Positions 21,801-29,376 of a stretch of 64,000 nt of DNA are shown piece by piece. The translations under genes and the position numbers were made by a program. Origin of the DNA: Telmatospirillum sp. (GTDB lineage Bacteria > Pseudomonadota > Alphaproteobacteria > CACIAM-22H2); NCBI GenBank assembly GCA_020248985.1, contig JADCGL010000009.1, forward strand, positions 22,552-86,551. Reading direction: 5' to 3'. The notes under the pieces are model-generated. The model was not told the DNA's origin. It saw only the letters and a list, made by a program, of their open reading frames with translations, and did not search any database. Each line of letters starts with the position of its first letter. Positions within the stretch are counted from its first letter, which is position 1.

Positions 21801-24800
21801 CCGTATCGGCAAGCGATCCACCGGTCAGCGTTTCGACGTTTGCCAGCGTCAGGGTATTGGCAAAATCGCCCAAAGTCAGTCTGTCGCCGTCGCCGCCGAG
21901 ATCGATAGAACCGGACGTCATGGCCGCCGCGATCGTCACCGTGTCGTCTTCGGTACCGCCAACCAAAGTCTCGATATTGGCGACGGTCAGCGAATTGGGG
22001 AAGCTGCCCAATACCAAGCGGTCGTTGCCGGCACCCAGATCCACCGAACCGTCGAGCATCCGGCTGCCCAGAGTAATCGTATCCGCAAGCGAACCACCCA
22101 CCAGCGTTTCAACGTTCGTCGCCGTCAGCGTATTGGCAAAGCTGCCGAGCACCAGACGGTCGTTGCCGGCTTGCAGATCGACGGTGCCAGCCGTCACGGC
22201 CGTTCCGAACGTGATCGTGTCGTTGCCTGAATTGGCGACCACGTTTTCGACGTTTAGCACCGTCAGCGTGTTGGCAGTCGTATCGAGGATCAGGCGGTCG
22301 TCGCCCGCCCCCAGATCCACCGTCGTGCCCGACTGCATGCCAACCAGCGTGACGGTATCGGCACCCGTCGCACCGACGATCGTTTCGGCATTCGCGACCG
22401 TGACCGTGTTGGCGGCCGTCCCGCTCGACAGCACCAGGCGGTCGTTGCCCGCCAGCAAATCGACGGTGCCGGCAGTGATGGCTGTACCGAAGATAATCGT
22501 GTCGTTGTCGGTGTTGGCGACCAGCGTTTCGACGTTCAGCAAAGTCAGCGTATTGGCTGTGGTGTCGAGGAACAGGCGGTCGTTGCCGGCCCCCAAATCT
22601 ACCGTGGCGCCCGATTGGCCGCCGGCCAGCGTCACCGTATCGGCGCCGCCGCTGCCGACGATCGTTTCGACGTTCGCGACCGTCAACGTATTGCCCGTAG
22701 TACCGCCCAGAACCAAGCGATCATTGTCGGCCAATAGATCGATCGAGCCATTCGTCAGTGCGGCACCCAGCGTGACTGAGTCGCCAAGCGCTCCGCCGAC
22801 CAGCGTTTCGACATTTGTAGCGGTAACCGTATTGGCAAAACTGCCAAGTGCCAGCGTATCGTTGCCGGCCCCCAGATCGACCGAAGCCGACGCAGTTGCC
22901 GAACTGAACGTAACCGTGTCTGCGGCCGTGCCGCCGATCACAGTTTCGGCGTTGGCGACCGTCAGCGCGTTCGCGGAATTGCCGAGAACCAGACGGTCGG
23001 CGCCCGCACCCAATTCCACGGACGTGCCCGACTGGCTGCCGACCAACGTGACCGTATCCGCACCGGATCCACCGACGATCGTTTCGACATTCGCAACCGC
23101 AACCGTGTTGGCGCCAGTTCCGCTTGCGAGCACCAAGCGATCGTTGCCGGCCGCCAGATCGATGCTGCCGGATGTTGCAAAAGCGCCGAACGTGACTGTA
23201 TCGTTCCCGGTGTCGCCGACCACGGTTTCGACATTCAGTACCGCCAGCGTGTTGGCGGTTGCATCGAGGATCAGGCGGTCATTGCCCGCCCCGAGATCGA
23301 TTGTGGTGCCCGACTGGCTGCCAAGCAGTCTAATCGTGTCGGCGCCAGCGCTGCCGACCAAAGTTTCGACATTGAGAACCGTGATCGTGTTACTGGAAGT
23401 ACCACCAAGAACCAAGCGATCGTTGCCGGCCAACAGATCGATGGAGCCGGCGACCATCGCGGCGCCGAGCGTGACCGTATCGCCCAGGGCGCCGCCTGTG
23501 AGCGTTTCGACGTTCGAAACCGTCAGCGTATTGGCGAAACTGCCGAGGACAAGTGCATCGTTGCCGCCTGATAGATCGACCAAGCCCGCCGTCATGGCCG
23601 TCGCAATCGTGATTGTGTCTTCGTCGGTGCCGCCGACCAGCGTTTCGACGTTGGCCGCCGCAAGTTCGTTGTAGAAATTGCCGAGCGTCAAGCGATCGTT
23701 GCCCGCCCCCAGATCGACCGAAATGCCGAGCTGGCTGCCGACGAGCGCGACCGTATCGTTGCCGGAACCGCCGACCAGCGTTTCGACATTCGCAACGGTG
23801 AGCGTGTTGGCGCCAGTACCGCTCGCCAGAATAAGGCGATCGTTGCCCGCCGAAAGATCGACGCTGCCGGACGCGACGGCAGTACCGAATGTGACCGTGT
23901 CGTTGCCGATATCGCCGAGCACGGTTTCGACGTTCAGAACCGTAAGCGCATTCGCTGCGCCGGCGCTGTTCAAGACCAAGCGGTCGGCATCCGCCCCCAA
24001 GTCCGCAGTGGAGCCCGACTGGCTGCCGACCAGCGTGATCGTGTCCGCACCCGCACTGCCGATCAGCGTCTCGACATTCGCGACGGCAGCCGTGTTCCCC
24101 GACGTGCCGCCGAACGTCACGCGATCGCTGCCAGCCGCAAGATCGATCGACCCGCCGACCATTGCGGCGCCCAACGTGATCGTATCGCCAAGTGCGCCGC
24201 CCGTAAGGGTTTCGACGTTCGAAACTGTCATGGCATTGGCAAAACTACCCAGCACAAGCGCATCGTTGCCGCCGCCAAGATCGATCGCGCCCGACGTCAT
24301 TGCCGAGGCGAGCGTCACGCTGTCTTCGTCATTGCCGCCGACCACGGTTTCGACGTTGCTGGCCGTCACTTCGTTGAAGAGATTGCCGAACACGAGGCGG
24401 TCATTGCCTGCCCCAAGATCCACATTGGTGCCCAGCTGCGTGCCAGCGAGCGTGACGGTATCGGCAGCGGAACCGCCGACCAGCGTCTCCACGCCCGCGA
24501 CCGTCAGCGTGTTGCCGGCCGTACCGCTCGCCAATGTCAGACGGTCGTTGCCGGACTGGAGATCGACGCTGCCGTCCGTTACGGCCGTGCCGAACGCAAT
24601 CGTGTCGTTGTCGACATTGGCGACCAATGTTTCGACATTCAGTACCGTGAGCGTGTTGGCTGTCGTGTCGAGAACGAGACGGTCGTTGCCGGCCCCCAAA
24701 TCCACGGTGGCGCCGGTCTGGCTTCCGACCAAATTGACCGTATCGGCGCCCGAACTGCCGACGATCGTTTCGGCGTTTGCGACCGAGACCGAATTTCCCG

Positions 24801-27800
24801 CACTTCCGCCCAGCGTCAGACGATCGCTGCCGCCGAGCAGGTCAACGCTGCCCGCCGTCATGGAAGCGCCGAAAGTGACCGTGTCGTTGCCGGTATCGGC
24901 AACCAAGCTCTCGACGTTCAAGATCGTTAGGGTATTCGCAAGACCCGCACTTTGCAGAATCAGGCGATCGGCGCCGGCTCCCAGATCGACGGTGGAGTTC
25001 GACTGACTGCCGACCAGCGTGACCGTATCCGCACCGCCACTGCCGATGACTGTCTCGACGTTGGCCACGGCTACCGTGTTGCCGGAGGCGCCGCCGAGCA
25101 CCAGACGATCGTTGCCAGCCAGAAGATCGACCGAGCCGCTTGCCAGTGCGGCGCCGAGCGTGACCGTATCGGCAAGCGAAGCGCCGGTGATGGTTTCGAC
25201 GTTTGTGAGCGTCACCGTATTGGCGAAGCTGCCGAGGACGAGTGCGTCATTTCCAGCACCCAAATCCACGGCGCTGGAACCTGCCGCCGTCGAGACCGTC
25301 ACGCTGTCGTCGCCCGTGCCGCCGACCAGCGATTCGACATTGCCGACGGTCAGCGTGTTGGCAAGATTGTCGAGCGCCAAGCGGTCGGCACCCGCCCCGA
25401 GATCCACCGCCGTAACCACCTGGCTGCCCGCTAGCGTGACCGTGTCGGCACCCGTGCTGCCGACCAGCGTTTCGACATTCGCAACCGTGAGCGTGTTGGA
25501 GGCCGTGCCGTTCGCCAGAACCAGCCGATCGTTGCCGTCCAGCAGGTCGATGCTGCCCGACAGGACAGCCGAGCCGATCGTGACCGTATCGTTGTCGCTG
25601 TTGGCGACCAGGGTCTCGACGTTCAGCACGGTGAGCGTATTGGCCGTGGTGTCGAGGATCAGCCGGTCGGCGCCAGCGCCCAAATCTACCGTTGTGCCGG
25701 TCTGGCCGCCAATCAGCGCAACCGTGTCGGCGCCCGTACCGCCGAGAATGGTTTCAACGTTGCTCGCCGTCAGCGAATTGGCGAAGTTTCCGAGCACGAG
25801 ACGGTCGTTGCCAGAAGAAAGATCGATCGAACCGTTGGTTGCGGCCGAACCCAGTGTCACCGTGTCCGCGAGCGTTCCGCCGGTAGCCGTTTCGATATTC
25901 GTGGCCGTCAACGTGTTGGCGAAGTTGGCGAGCGCAAGCGCATCGCTGCCTGCCCCCAAATCGACCAGGCCCGAACTCATCGCGGCGCCAAGCGTCGCCG
26001 TGTCGTCGGCAGTGCCGCCAACCAAGGTTTCGACGTTGCTTGCCGTCAGCGTATTGGCGGAATTGCCGAGCGCGAGACGATCCGCACCCGCGCCCAGGTC
26101 GACGCTGCTGCCCGACTGGCTTCCGATCAGCGTGACCGTATCGGCGCCAGCGCTGCCGATCAGCGTTTCGACATTCGCGACCGCGACTGTATTGGCAAAA
26201 GTTCCGCTCGACAGCACCAAGCGGTCGTTGCCGGCCAGCAGGTCGATCGTGCCCGATGTGACAGCCGTGCCGAACGTAATCGTATCGTCGTCGCTGTTGG
26301 CGACCAAACTCTCGACATTCAGCACCGTGACAGTATTGGCGGCGGCGTCGAGAATCACGCGGTCGGTACCTGCCCCCAGATCCAACGTGATGCCCGCCTG
26401 GCTGCCGACAAGAGTGACCGTATCCGCAGCGGCGGTGCCAATCAGCGTTTCGACATTCGCGGCGGAAACCGTGTTGCCCGTCGTGCCGCCCAACACCAGG
26501 CGATCGTTGCCGGCCAAAAGATCGACGGAGCCGTCCGTCAGAGCAACGCTCAGCGTGACCGTATCGGCAAGCGATCCGCCCGTGAGCGTTTCGACATTTG
26601 CGAGCGTAAGCGTGTTGGCAAAACTGCCCAACTCCAACGAATCGCTGCCCGCACCGAGATCGATCGAAGCCGAATTCAGCCCAGCCGCGATCGTGACCGT
26701 GTCGTTGTCGGTGCCGCCCACGAGCGTCTCGACATTGGCCACCACCAGCGTGTTGGCAAAGTTGCCGAGCGCGAGACGGTCGTTGCCGGCGAGCAGATCG
26801 ATGGTGCCGGATATGATGGCCGTGCCAAGCGTGATCGTATCCGCGCGCGTGCCCGCAACCAGGGTTTCGACGTTGAATAACGTGGCCGTGTTGTTGAACT
26901 GGCCCAGCACCAGACGGTCGTTGCCGTCGAGCAGATCGACGGTGCCGGACGTGATGGCGGTGCCGAACGTGATCGTGTCGTCGCCAGCGTTGGCGACGAG
27001 GGTCTCGACGTTCAGAACCGTCAGCGTGTTGGGAGCCGCATCGAGGGAGAGGCGGTCATTGCCCGCGCCGAGATCGACCGTGCCGTCCGTCTGGCTGCCG
27101 ACAAACACAACCGTGTCGGCACCAGCGCTTCCAATCACCGTTTCGACGTTCGATACTGAGACCGTGTTGCCCGTGCTGCCGCCGAGGATCAATCGGTCGT
27201 TGCCGTCCGAAAGGTCGATCGACCCGCTTGCCGTTGCCGCACCGAGCGTCACCGTGTCGGCAAGCGCCCCGCCGGTCAGCGTTTCGACGTTCGTAACGGT
27301 CAGCGTATTGGCGAAGCTGCCCAGTGCGAGCGCATCGTTGCCCGCCCCAAGATCGACGACGCCCGAACTCATTGCCGTCGCGATCGTCACCGTATCCGCA
27401 CCGGTGCCGCCCACGATGGTTTCGGCGTTGGCCACCGTCAACTCGTTGGCGAAATTGCCCAAGACAAGGCGGTCGTTGCCCGCGAGCATGTCGATGGTAC
27501 CCGACGCGATCGCCGTCCCCAGCGAAATCGTATCCGCGCGGGTACCCCCAACCAGGGTCTCAACGTTGAGGACTGTCAGCGTATTGTTGAAATTGCCGAG
27601 AACCAGCTGGTCGTTGCCGTCGCGAAGATCGATTGAGCCGGCGGTCACGGCTGTGCCGACCGTGATCGTGTCGTTGTCGATATTGGCGACCAACGTTTCG
27701 ACGTTCAGCACCGCGATCGTATTCGCCGCCGCGTCGAGAATAAGCCTGTCGGCGCCGGCACCGAGATCGACGGTAACGCCCGACTGGCTGCCAACCAGCG

Positions 27801-27888
27801 TGACGGTATCGGCGCCAATGCCACCGGTTATGGTGTCGGCGACGGAGTAGGTGAAATTGCCCCCTGAATTTCCAAGCGAGACCGGCAT
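15874..27888 (-). CDS. Giant (4,004 aa) acidic repeat protein with a C-terminal RTX block; probable T1SS-secreted Ca2+-binding surface or adhesin-like fibre
   Basis: Single uninterrupted 12,015-nt ORF. The ATG at 27888 is preceded by GGGTGGA. No signal peptide. About 83 tandem 46-aa units (consensus NVETLVGGTGADTVTLGAAMTSGSVDLGAGNDRLVLGNFANTLTVA). Four GGxGxDxLx nonapeptides and a roughly 70-aa tail at the C-terminus. Confidence 0.9.
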   Translation of the reverse strand: MPVSLGNSGGNFTYSVADTITGGIGADTVTLVGSQSGVTVDLGAGADRLILDAAANTIAVLNVETLVANIDNDTITVGTAVTAGSIDLRDGNDQLVLGNFNNTLTVLNVETLVGGTRADTISLGTAIASGTIDMLAGNDRLVLGNFANELTVANAETIVGGTGADTVTIATAMSSGVVDLGAGNDALALGSFANTLTVTNVETLTGGALADTVTLGAATASGSIDLSDGNDRLILGGSTGNTVSVSNVETVIGSAGADTVVFVGSQTDGTVDLGAGNDRLSLDAAPNTLTVLNVETLVANAGDDTITFGTAITSGTVDLLDGNDRLVLGQFNNTATLFNVETLVAGTRADTITLGTAIISGTIDLLAGNDRLALGNFANTLVVANVETLVGGTDNDTVTIAAGLNSASIDLGAGSDSLELGSFANTLTLANVETLTGGSLADTVTLSVALTDGSVDLLAGNDRLVLGGTTGNTVSAANVETLIGTAAADTVTLVGSQAGITLDLGAGTDRVILDAAANTVTVLNVESLVANSDDDTITFGTAVTSGTIDLLAGNDRLVLSSGTFANTVAVANVETLIGSAGADTVTLIGSQSGSSVDLGAGADRLALGNSANTLTASNVETLVGGTADDTATLGAAMSSGLVDLGAGSDALALANFANTLTATNIETATGGTLADTVTLGSAATNGSIDLSSGNDRLVLGNFANSLTASNVETILGGTGADTVALIGGQTGTTVDLGAGADRLILDTTANTLTVLNVETLVANSDNDTVTIGSAVLSGSIDLLDGNDRLVLANGTASNTLTVANVETLVGSTGADTVTLAGSQVVTAVDLGAGADRLALDNLANTLTVGNVESLVGGTGDDSVTVSTAAGSSAVDLGAGNDALVLGSFANTVTLTNVETITGASLADTVTLGAALASGSVDLLAGNDRLVLGGASGNTVAVANVETVIGSGGADTVTLVGSQSNSTVDLGAGADRLILQSAGLANTLTILNVESLVADTGNDTVTFGASMTAGSVDLLGGSDRLTLGGSAGNSVSVANAETIVGSSGADTVNLVGSQTGATVDLGAGNDRLVLDTTANTLTVLNVETLVANVDNDTIAFGTAVTDGSVDLQSGNDRLTLASGTAGNTLTVAGVETLVGGSAADTVTLAGTQLGTNVDLGAGNDRLVFGNLFNEVTASNVETVVGGNDEDSVTLASAMTSGAIDLGGGNDALVLGSFANAMTVSNVETLTGGALGDTITLGAAMVGGSIDLAAGSDRVTFGGTSGNTAAVANVETLIGSAGADTITLVGSQSGSTADLGADADRLVLNSAGAANALTVLNVETVLGDIGNDTVTFGTAVASGSVDLSAGNDRLILASGTGANTLTVANVETLVGGSGNDTVALVGSQLGISVDLGAGNDRLTLGNFYNELAAANVETLVGGTDEDTITIATAMTAGLVDLSGGNDALVLGSFANTLTVSNVETLTGGALGDTVTLGAAMVAGSIDLLAGNDRLVLGGTSSNTITVLNVETLVGSAGADTIRLLGSQSGTTIDLGAGNDRLILDATANTLAVLNVETVVGDTGNDTVTFGAFATSGSIDLAAGNDRLVLASGTGANTVAVANVETIVGGSGADTVTLVGSQSGTSVELGAGADRLVLGNSANALTVANAETVIGGTAADTVTFSSATASASVDLGAGNDTLALGSFANTVTATNVETLVGGALGDSVTLGAALTNGSIDLLADNDRLVLGGTTGNTLTVANVETIVGSGGADTVTLAGGQSGATVDLGAGNDRLFLDTTANTLTLLNVETLVANTDNDTIIFGTAITAGTVDLLAGNDRLVLSSGTAANTVTVANAETIVGATGADTVTLVGMQSGTTVDLGAGDDRLILDTTANTLTVLNVENVVANSGNDTITFGTAVTAGTVDLQAGNDRLVLGSFANTLTATNVETLVGGSLADTITLGSRMLDGSVDLGAGNDRLVLGSFPNSLTVANIETLVGGTEDDTVTIAAAMTSGSIDLGGDGDRLTLGDFANTLTLANVETLTGGSLADTVTLGASLASGSIDLAAGADRLILGGTAGNTIAVANVETLIGSSGADTVTLVGGQSDTTVDLASGNDRLILNSAGAANTLVVLNVETLVADVGNDSITLGTAMAAGSIDLSDGNDRLVLASGTAANTLAVANVETLVGGSGADTVTLVGAQLGTTVDLGAGADRLVLGNFANEVTASNVETLVGGTDADTVTLAAAMSAGAVDLGAGSDALVLGDFANTLTLTNVETVTAGSLADTVTLGSAIGSGATIDLGAGNDRLILGSSAANTGAVTNVETLIGSAAADTIALIGSQAGMTVDLGAGNDRLSLDTVANTLTVLNVETLVANTDNDTVTFGTAVTGGAIDLLDGSDRLVLGSFANTLTATNVETLIGGSLADTVALGSQAIDGLVDLGAGSDRLALGNFANELTASNVETLVGGTTDDTVTIGSALGSGSIDLGAGNDQLFLGDFANTLTVANVETLTGGSLADTVALGAATTSGTIDLSSGSDRLVLGGTSGNTISVFNVETLIGSAGADTVTLGTAAASGTVDLLGGNDRLTLGSQANTLTVANVETLVGGTEDDTVTVATAITAGTIDLGDGNDRLVLGNFANTLTVLNVETVVGGSLAATITLASQMIDGNVDLGAGNDRLVLSNFANTLTATNVETFVGGTTTDTVTIGTAMTVGLVDLGDGDDSLSLGNFANTLTASNVETIVGASLADTVTLGAATTNASIDLSAGNDRLVLASSTAGNTITVSNIETVVGGTGADTVTLYGSQLGALIDLGAGNDQLILDTAANTITVLNVETLVGNTENDTVTLGAAATAGTVDLVDGNDRLVLGNFANTLTVVNVETIVGGTGADTVALVGAPSGGTVDLGAGNDRLILDTVANTLTVMNVETLVANTDDDTITLGTAVTSGNIDLLAGNDRLVLSSAANTLTVANVETLIGGSGADTVTLAGSQSGTNVDLGAGSDRLVLGNLGNTLTVSNAETLVGGTGADTVTIGAAMTTGSVDLGAGTDALVLGDFANTATVTNVETVTGGSLADTVALGAGIQTGATVDLMDGNDRLVLGGSTGNTGAVANVETLIGSAGADTITLLGGQSGTTIDLGTGSDRLILDTTANTVTLLNVETLVANTDNDTVTFGTAVTSGTVDLLDGSDRLVLGQFANTLTIFNVETLVAGTRADTITLGTEITSGTIDLLAGSDRLVLGNFANTLTVANVETLVGGTADDTATLATAMGSGSIDLRGGSDALVLGDFANTLTVANVETVTGGSLADTVTLAAAITSGSVDLVAGNDRLILGGGSNTVAIANVETIVGSSGADTVSLIGSQAGTTIDLGGGNDRVVLDAVANTLTVLNVETLVANADDDTITFGTAVVSGSIDLADGSDRLVLGNFNNTLTVLNVETLVAGTRADTVTLGTVMTAGTIDLLAGIDRLTLGNFVNTLAVANVETLVGGTAADTVTIGTALTSGSVDLRGGNDALVLGNFANTLTVANVESVTGGTLADTVAFGAALASGSVDLSDGNDRLVLGGTSGNTISVANVETLVGSAGADTVTLVGAQAGSTVDLGAGADRLILDSTANTLTVLNVETIVANTGNDTITYGTAVTAGTIDLLAGSDRLVLGNFANTLTVLNVETLVAGTRADTVTLATAVVSGSFDLAAGNDRLVLGNFANTLTVANVETLIGGTGDDTATLGAAMTTGSVDLRDGNDELVLGNFANTLTVSNVETLTGGSLADTVVLATATTSGSIDLAAGNDRLALGGSTGNTVTVSNVETLVGSGAADTVTLGAQMTAGLIDLGAGTDRLTLSDSANTLTVTNVETIVGGTDADTVTLGNASTAGQVDLGAGSDVLRLGNFANRVTATDVETITGGNSADNITVAGSTGARIDGGSGNDTLVGGDGNDTLIGGSGNDSLSGGAGNDTFVMGSGADTIASFSSGTDQIDIAAFASFASIADVQAATTYSGGNATITLGSGTTVTLLGVTTITGGMAADFVFHA
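16090..16203 (-). other. Canonical RTX nonapeptide block (4 copies) in the giant protein
   Basis: GGSGNDTLV GGDGNDTLI GGSGNDSLS GGAGNDTFV, read from the reverse complement of 16090..16203. Confidence 0.9.
16204..27800 (-). repeat. Tandem array of about 83 diverged 138-bp (46-codon) units inside the giant ORF, with a 5-unit (about 0.7 kb) super-period
   Basis: I hand-counted the N[VAI]E[TSN] unit boundaries in the translation. Units are 46-48 aa. The copies are diverged at DNA level, not identical. Confidence 0.85.
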
Positions 27889-28218
27889 TGTCCACCCAAT
27901 TGGCTAAGTCGTCTTCTGACAACAAGAAAAACTTATAGTATTGTTAAGGTCGTAAACCCAAAGATTTTTTTGCGACGTCACGCATTGCAGGGAGCCGCAC
28001 GAAAATGAAAACCTCGGTATTCTAGAACAAAGACTAAACATACGACGTCGCACGGACGATCGGTGCCTTCAGCTTAGGCTTTTCGGTTTGAACAACGGCG
28101 CGAATTCAACTCTCTGATGTAGATAAGAAAATACGCAGTCAATTCAAAAAGGCGCATCGGCCACAGCGCGCGTTCCGACGGCCCCATTTTCGAACTTTAT
28201 CCATCACAGAAACAGTTT

Positions 28219-28228
28219 ATGTATACAT
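28219..28228. promoter_or_regulatory. Perfect 10-bp palindrome ATGTATACAT, candidate GntR-family (VanR-like) operator
   Basis: Fits the GT-Nx-AC core of GntR-family operators. A second copy lies 84 bp downstream. Confidence 0.4.
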
Positions 28229-28302
28229 TACTCCGTGACTTGCCAGCGAGAACTCTATTTTATCTTGATTTATTGCGGATCGCGGTTAATATTTTTCTGG
28301 TG

Positions 28303-28311
28303 ATGTATACA
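28303..28311. promoter_or_regulatory. Second copy ATGTATACA (8-bp palindromic core TGTATACA), 11 bp upstream of the vanA start
   Basis: Same 9-mer as at 28219. The position overlaps the vanA translation-initiation region. Confidence 0.4.
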
Positions 28312-28321
28312 GCTGGATCAG

Positions 28322-29371
28322 ATGATGAGTATTTCATCCTTTCCCTTGAATGCTTGGTACGCAGCCGCTTGGGACGTTGAAGTCAAACGAGCGCTGCTGG
28401 CCCGAACGATCTGCGGCCAGCGCGTCGTTGTTTATCGACGCGAGGATGGCGTACCTGCCGCACTTGCCGATGCGTGCTGGCACCGTCTTGTGCCTCTTTC
28501 GCGCGGGCAACTCCGCGGCGACGAGATCGTTTGCGCCTATCACGGCCTCGCCTTCAATTCCGACGGTCGCTGCACGAAAATGCCTTCGCAGGAAACGATC
28601 AATCCGTCCGCGTGCGTGCGCAGCTACCCGATCGCCGAGAAACATCGATTCGTTTGGATTTGGCCGGGCGATCCGGCCCTTGCGGACCCGGCCAAAATCC
28701 CGGATCTCCATTGGAATCTCGATCCGGACTGGACCGGCGACGGCCGCCTGATCCACGCCAAGTGCGACTATCGCCTCGTCGTCGACAATCTGATGGATCT
28801 CACGCACGAAACCTTCGTGCACGGCTCGTCGATCGGCAACGAAGCGGTCGCCGAAGCGCCGTTCGTGGCCACACATGGCGAGCGCACCGCAACCGTGACG
28901 CGGTGGATGGTCGACATCGAACCGCCGCCCTTCTGGCGTGCACAGCTCGGCAAACCCGGCAATGTCGACCGCTGGCAGATCATCCGCTTCGAAGCGCCTG
29001 CGACCGTCGTGATCGACGTGGGCGTGGCGCCGACCGGCACCGGCGCGCCCGAGGGCGACCGGTCGCAGGGCGTGAACGGCATGGTGCTCAACACGCTCAC
29101 GCCCGAAACGGCCACGACGTGCCACTATTTCTGGGCGTTCGCGCGCAACTACAAGCGCAGCGACCAAGCGCTGACGACGCAGATCTGCGACGGCGTCGCA
29201 TCGATTTTCCGCGAAGACGAGGCGATCCTCGAAGCCCAGCAGCGCGCCATCGACGAAAGCCCGGGCCGCGTCTTCTACAACATCAATATCGATGCGGGCT
29301 CGATGTGGGCACGCCGTCTGGTGGATCGCATGCTGGCGGCGGAAACCGCCGCACCGCAGGCCGCCGAGTAG
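28322..29371 (+). CDS. vanA: Rieske [2Fe-2S] aromatic O-demethylase oxygenase subunit, VanA family
   Basis: Rieske motif CWHRLVPLS...CAYHGLAF. The block CDYRLVVDNLMDLTHETFVHGSSIG is nearly identical to Pseudomonas VanA as I remember it. DRWQIIRF and NIDAG are also present. Confidence 0.85.
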   Translation: MMSISSFPLNAWYAAAWDVEVKRALLARTICGQRVVVYRREDGVPAALADACWHRLVPLSRGQLRGDEIVCAYHGLAFNSDGRCTKMPSQETINPSACVRSYPIAEKHRFVWIWPGDPALADPAKIPDLHWNLDPDWTGDGRLIHAKCDYRLVVDNLMDLTHETFVHGSSIGNEAVAEAPFVATHGERTATVTRWMVDIEPPPFWRAQLGKPGNVDRWQIIRFEAPATVVIDVGVAPTGTGAPEGDRSQGVNGMVLNTLTPETATTCHYFWAFARNYKRSDQALTTQICDGVASIFREDEAILEAQQRAIDESPGRVFYNINIDAGSMWARRLVDRMLAAETAAPQAAE

Positions 29372-29376
29372 CGCCG

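Larger units (their letters stand above)
27889..28321. promoter_or_regulatory. AT-rich divergent control region between the giant repeat gene and vanA
   Basis: 433 bp with clearly lower GC than the flanks (runs such as AAAGATTTTTTTG, TTAATATTTTTCTGG). No credible ORF. It must contain both divergent promoters. Confidence 0.6.

Noticed and set aside
16010-27850. Very long plus-strand ORFs antisense to the giant gene (790, 377, 1369, 442 and 943 aa; Ser/Thr/Val/Pro/Arg-rich, such as VSTFATVSVLAKLPSTRRSLPAPRS)
   Set aside because: They are mirror images of the repeat. The periodic codon structure removes stops in one antisense frame. They are broken into pieces, while the minus-strand frame is continuous for 12 kb, has a good RBS and ATG, and ends in canonical RTX nonapeptides.
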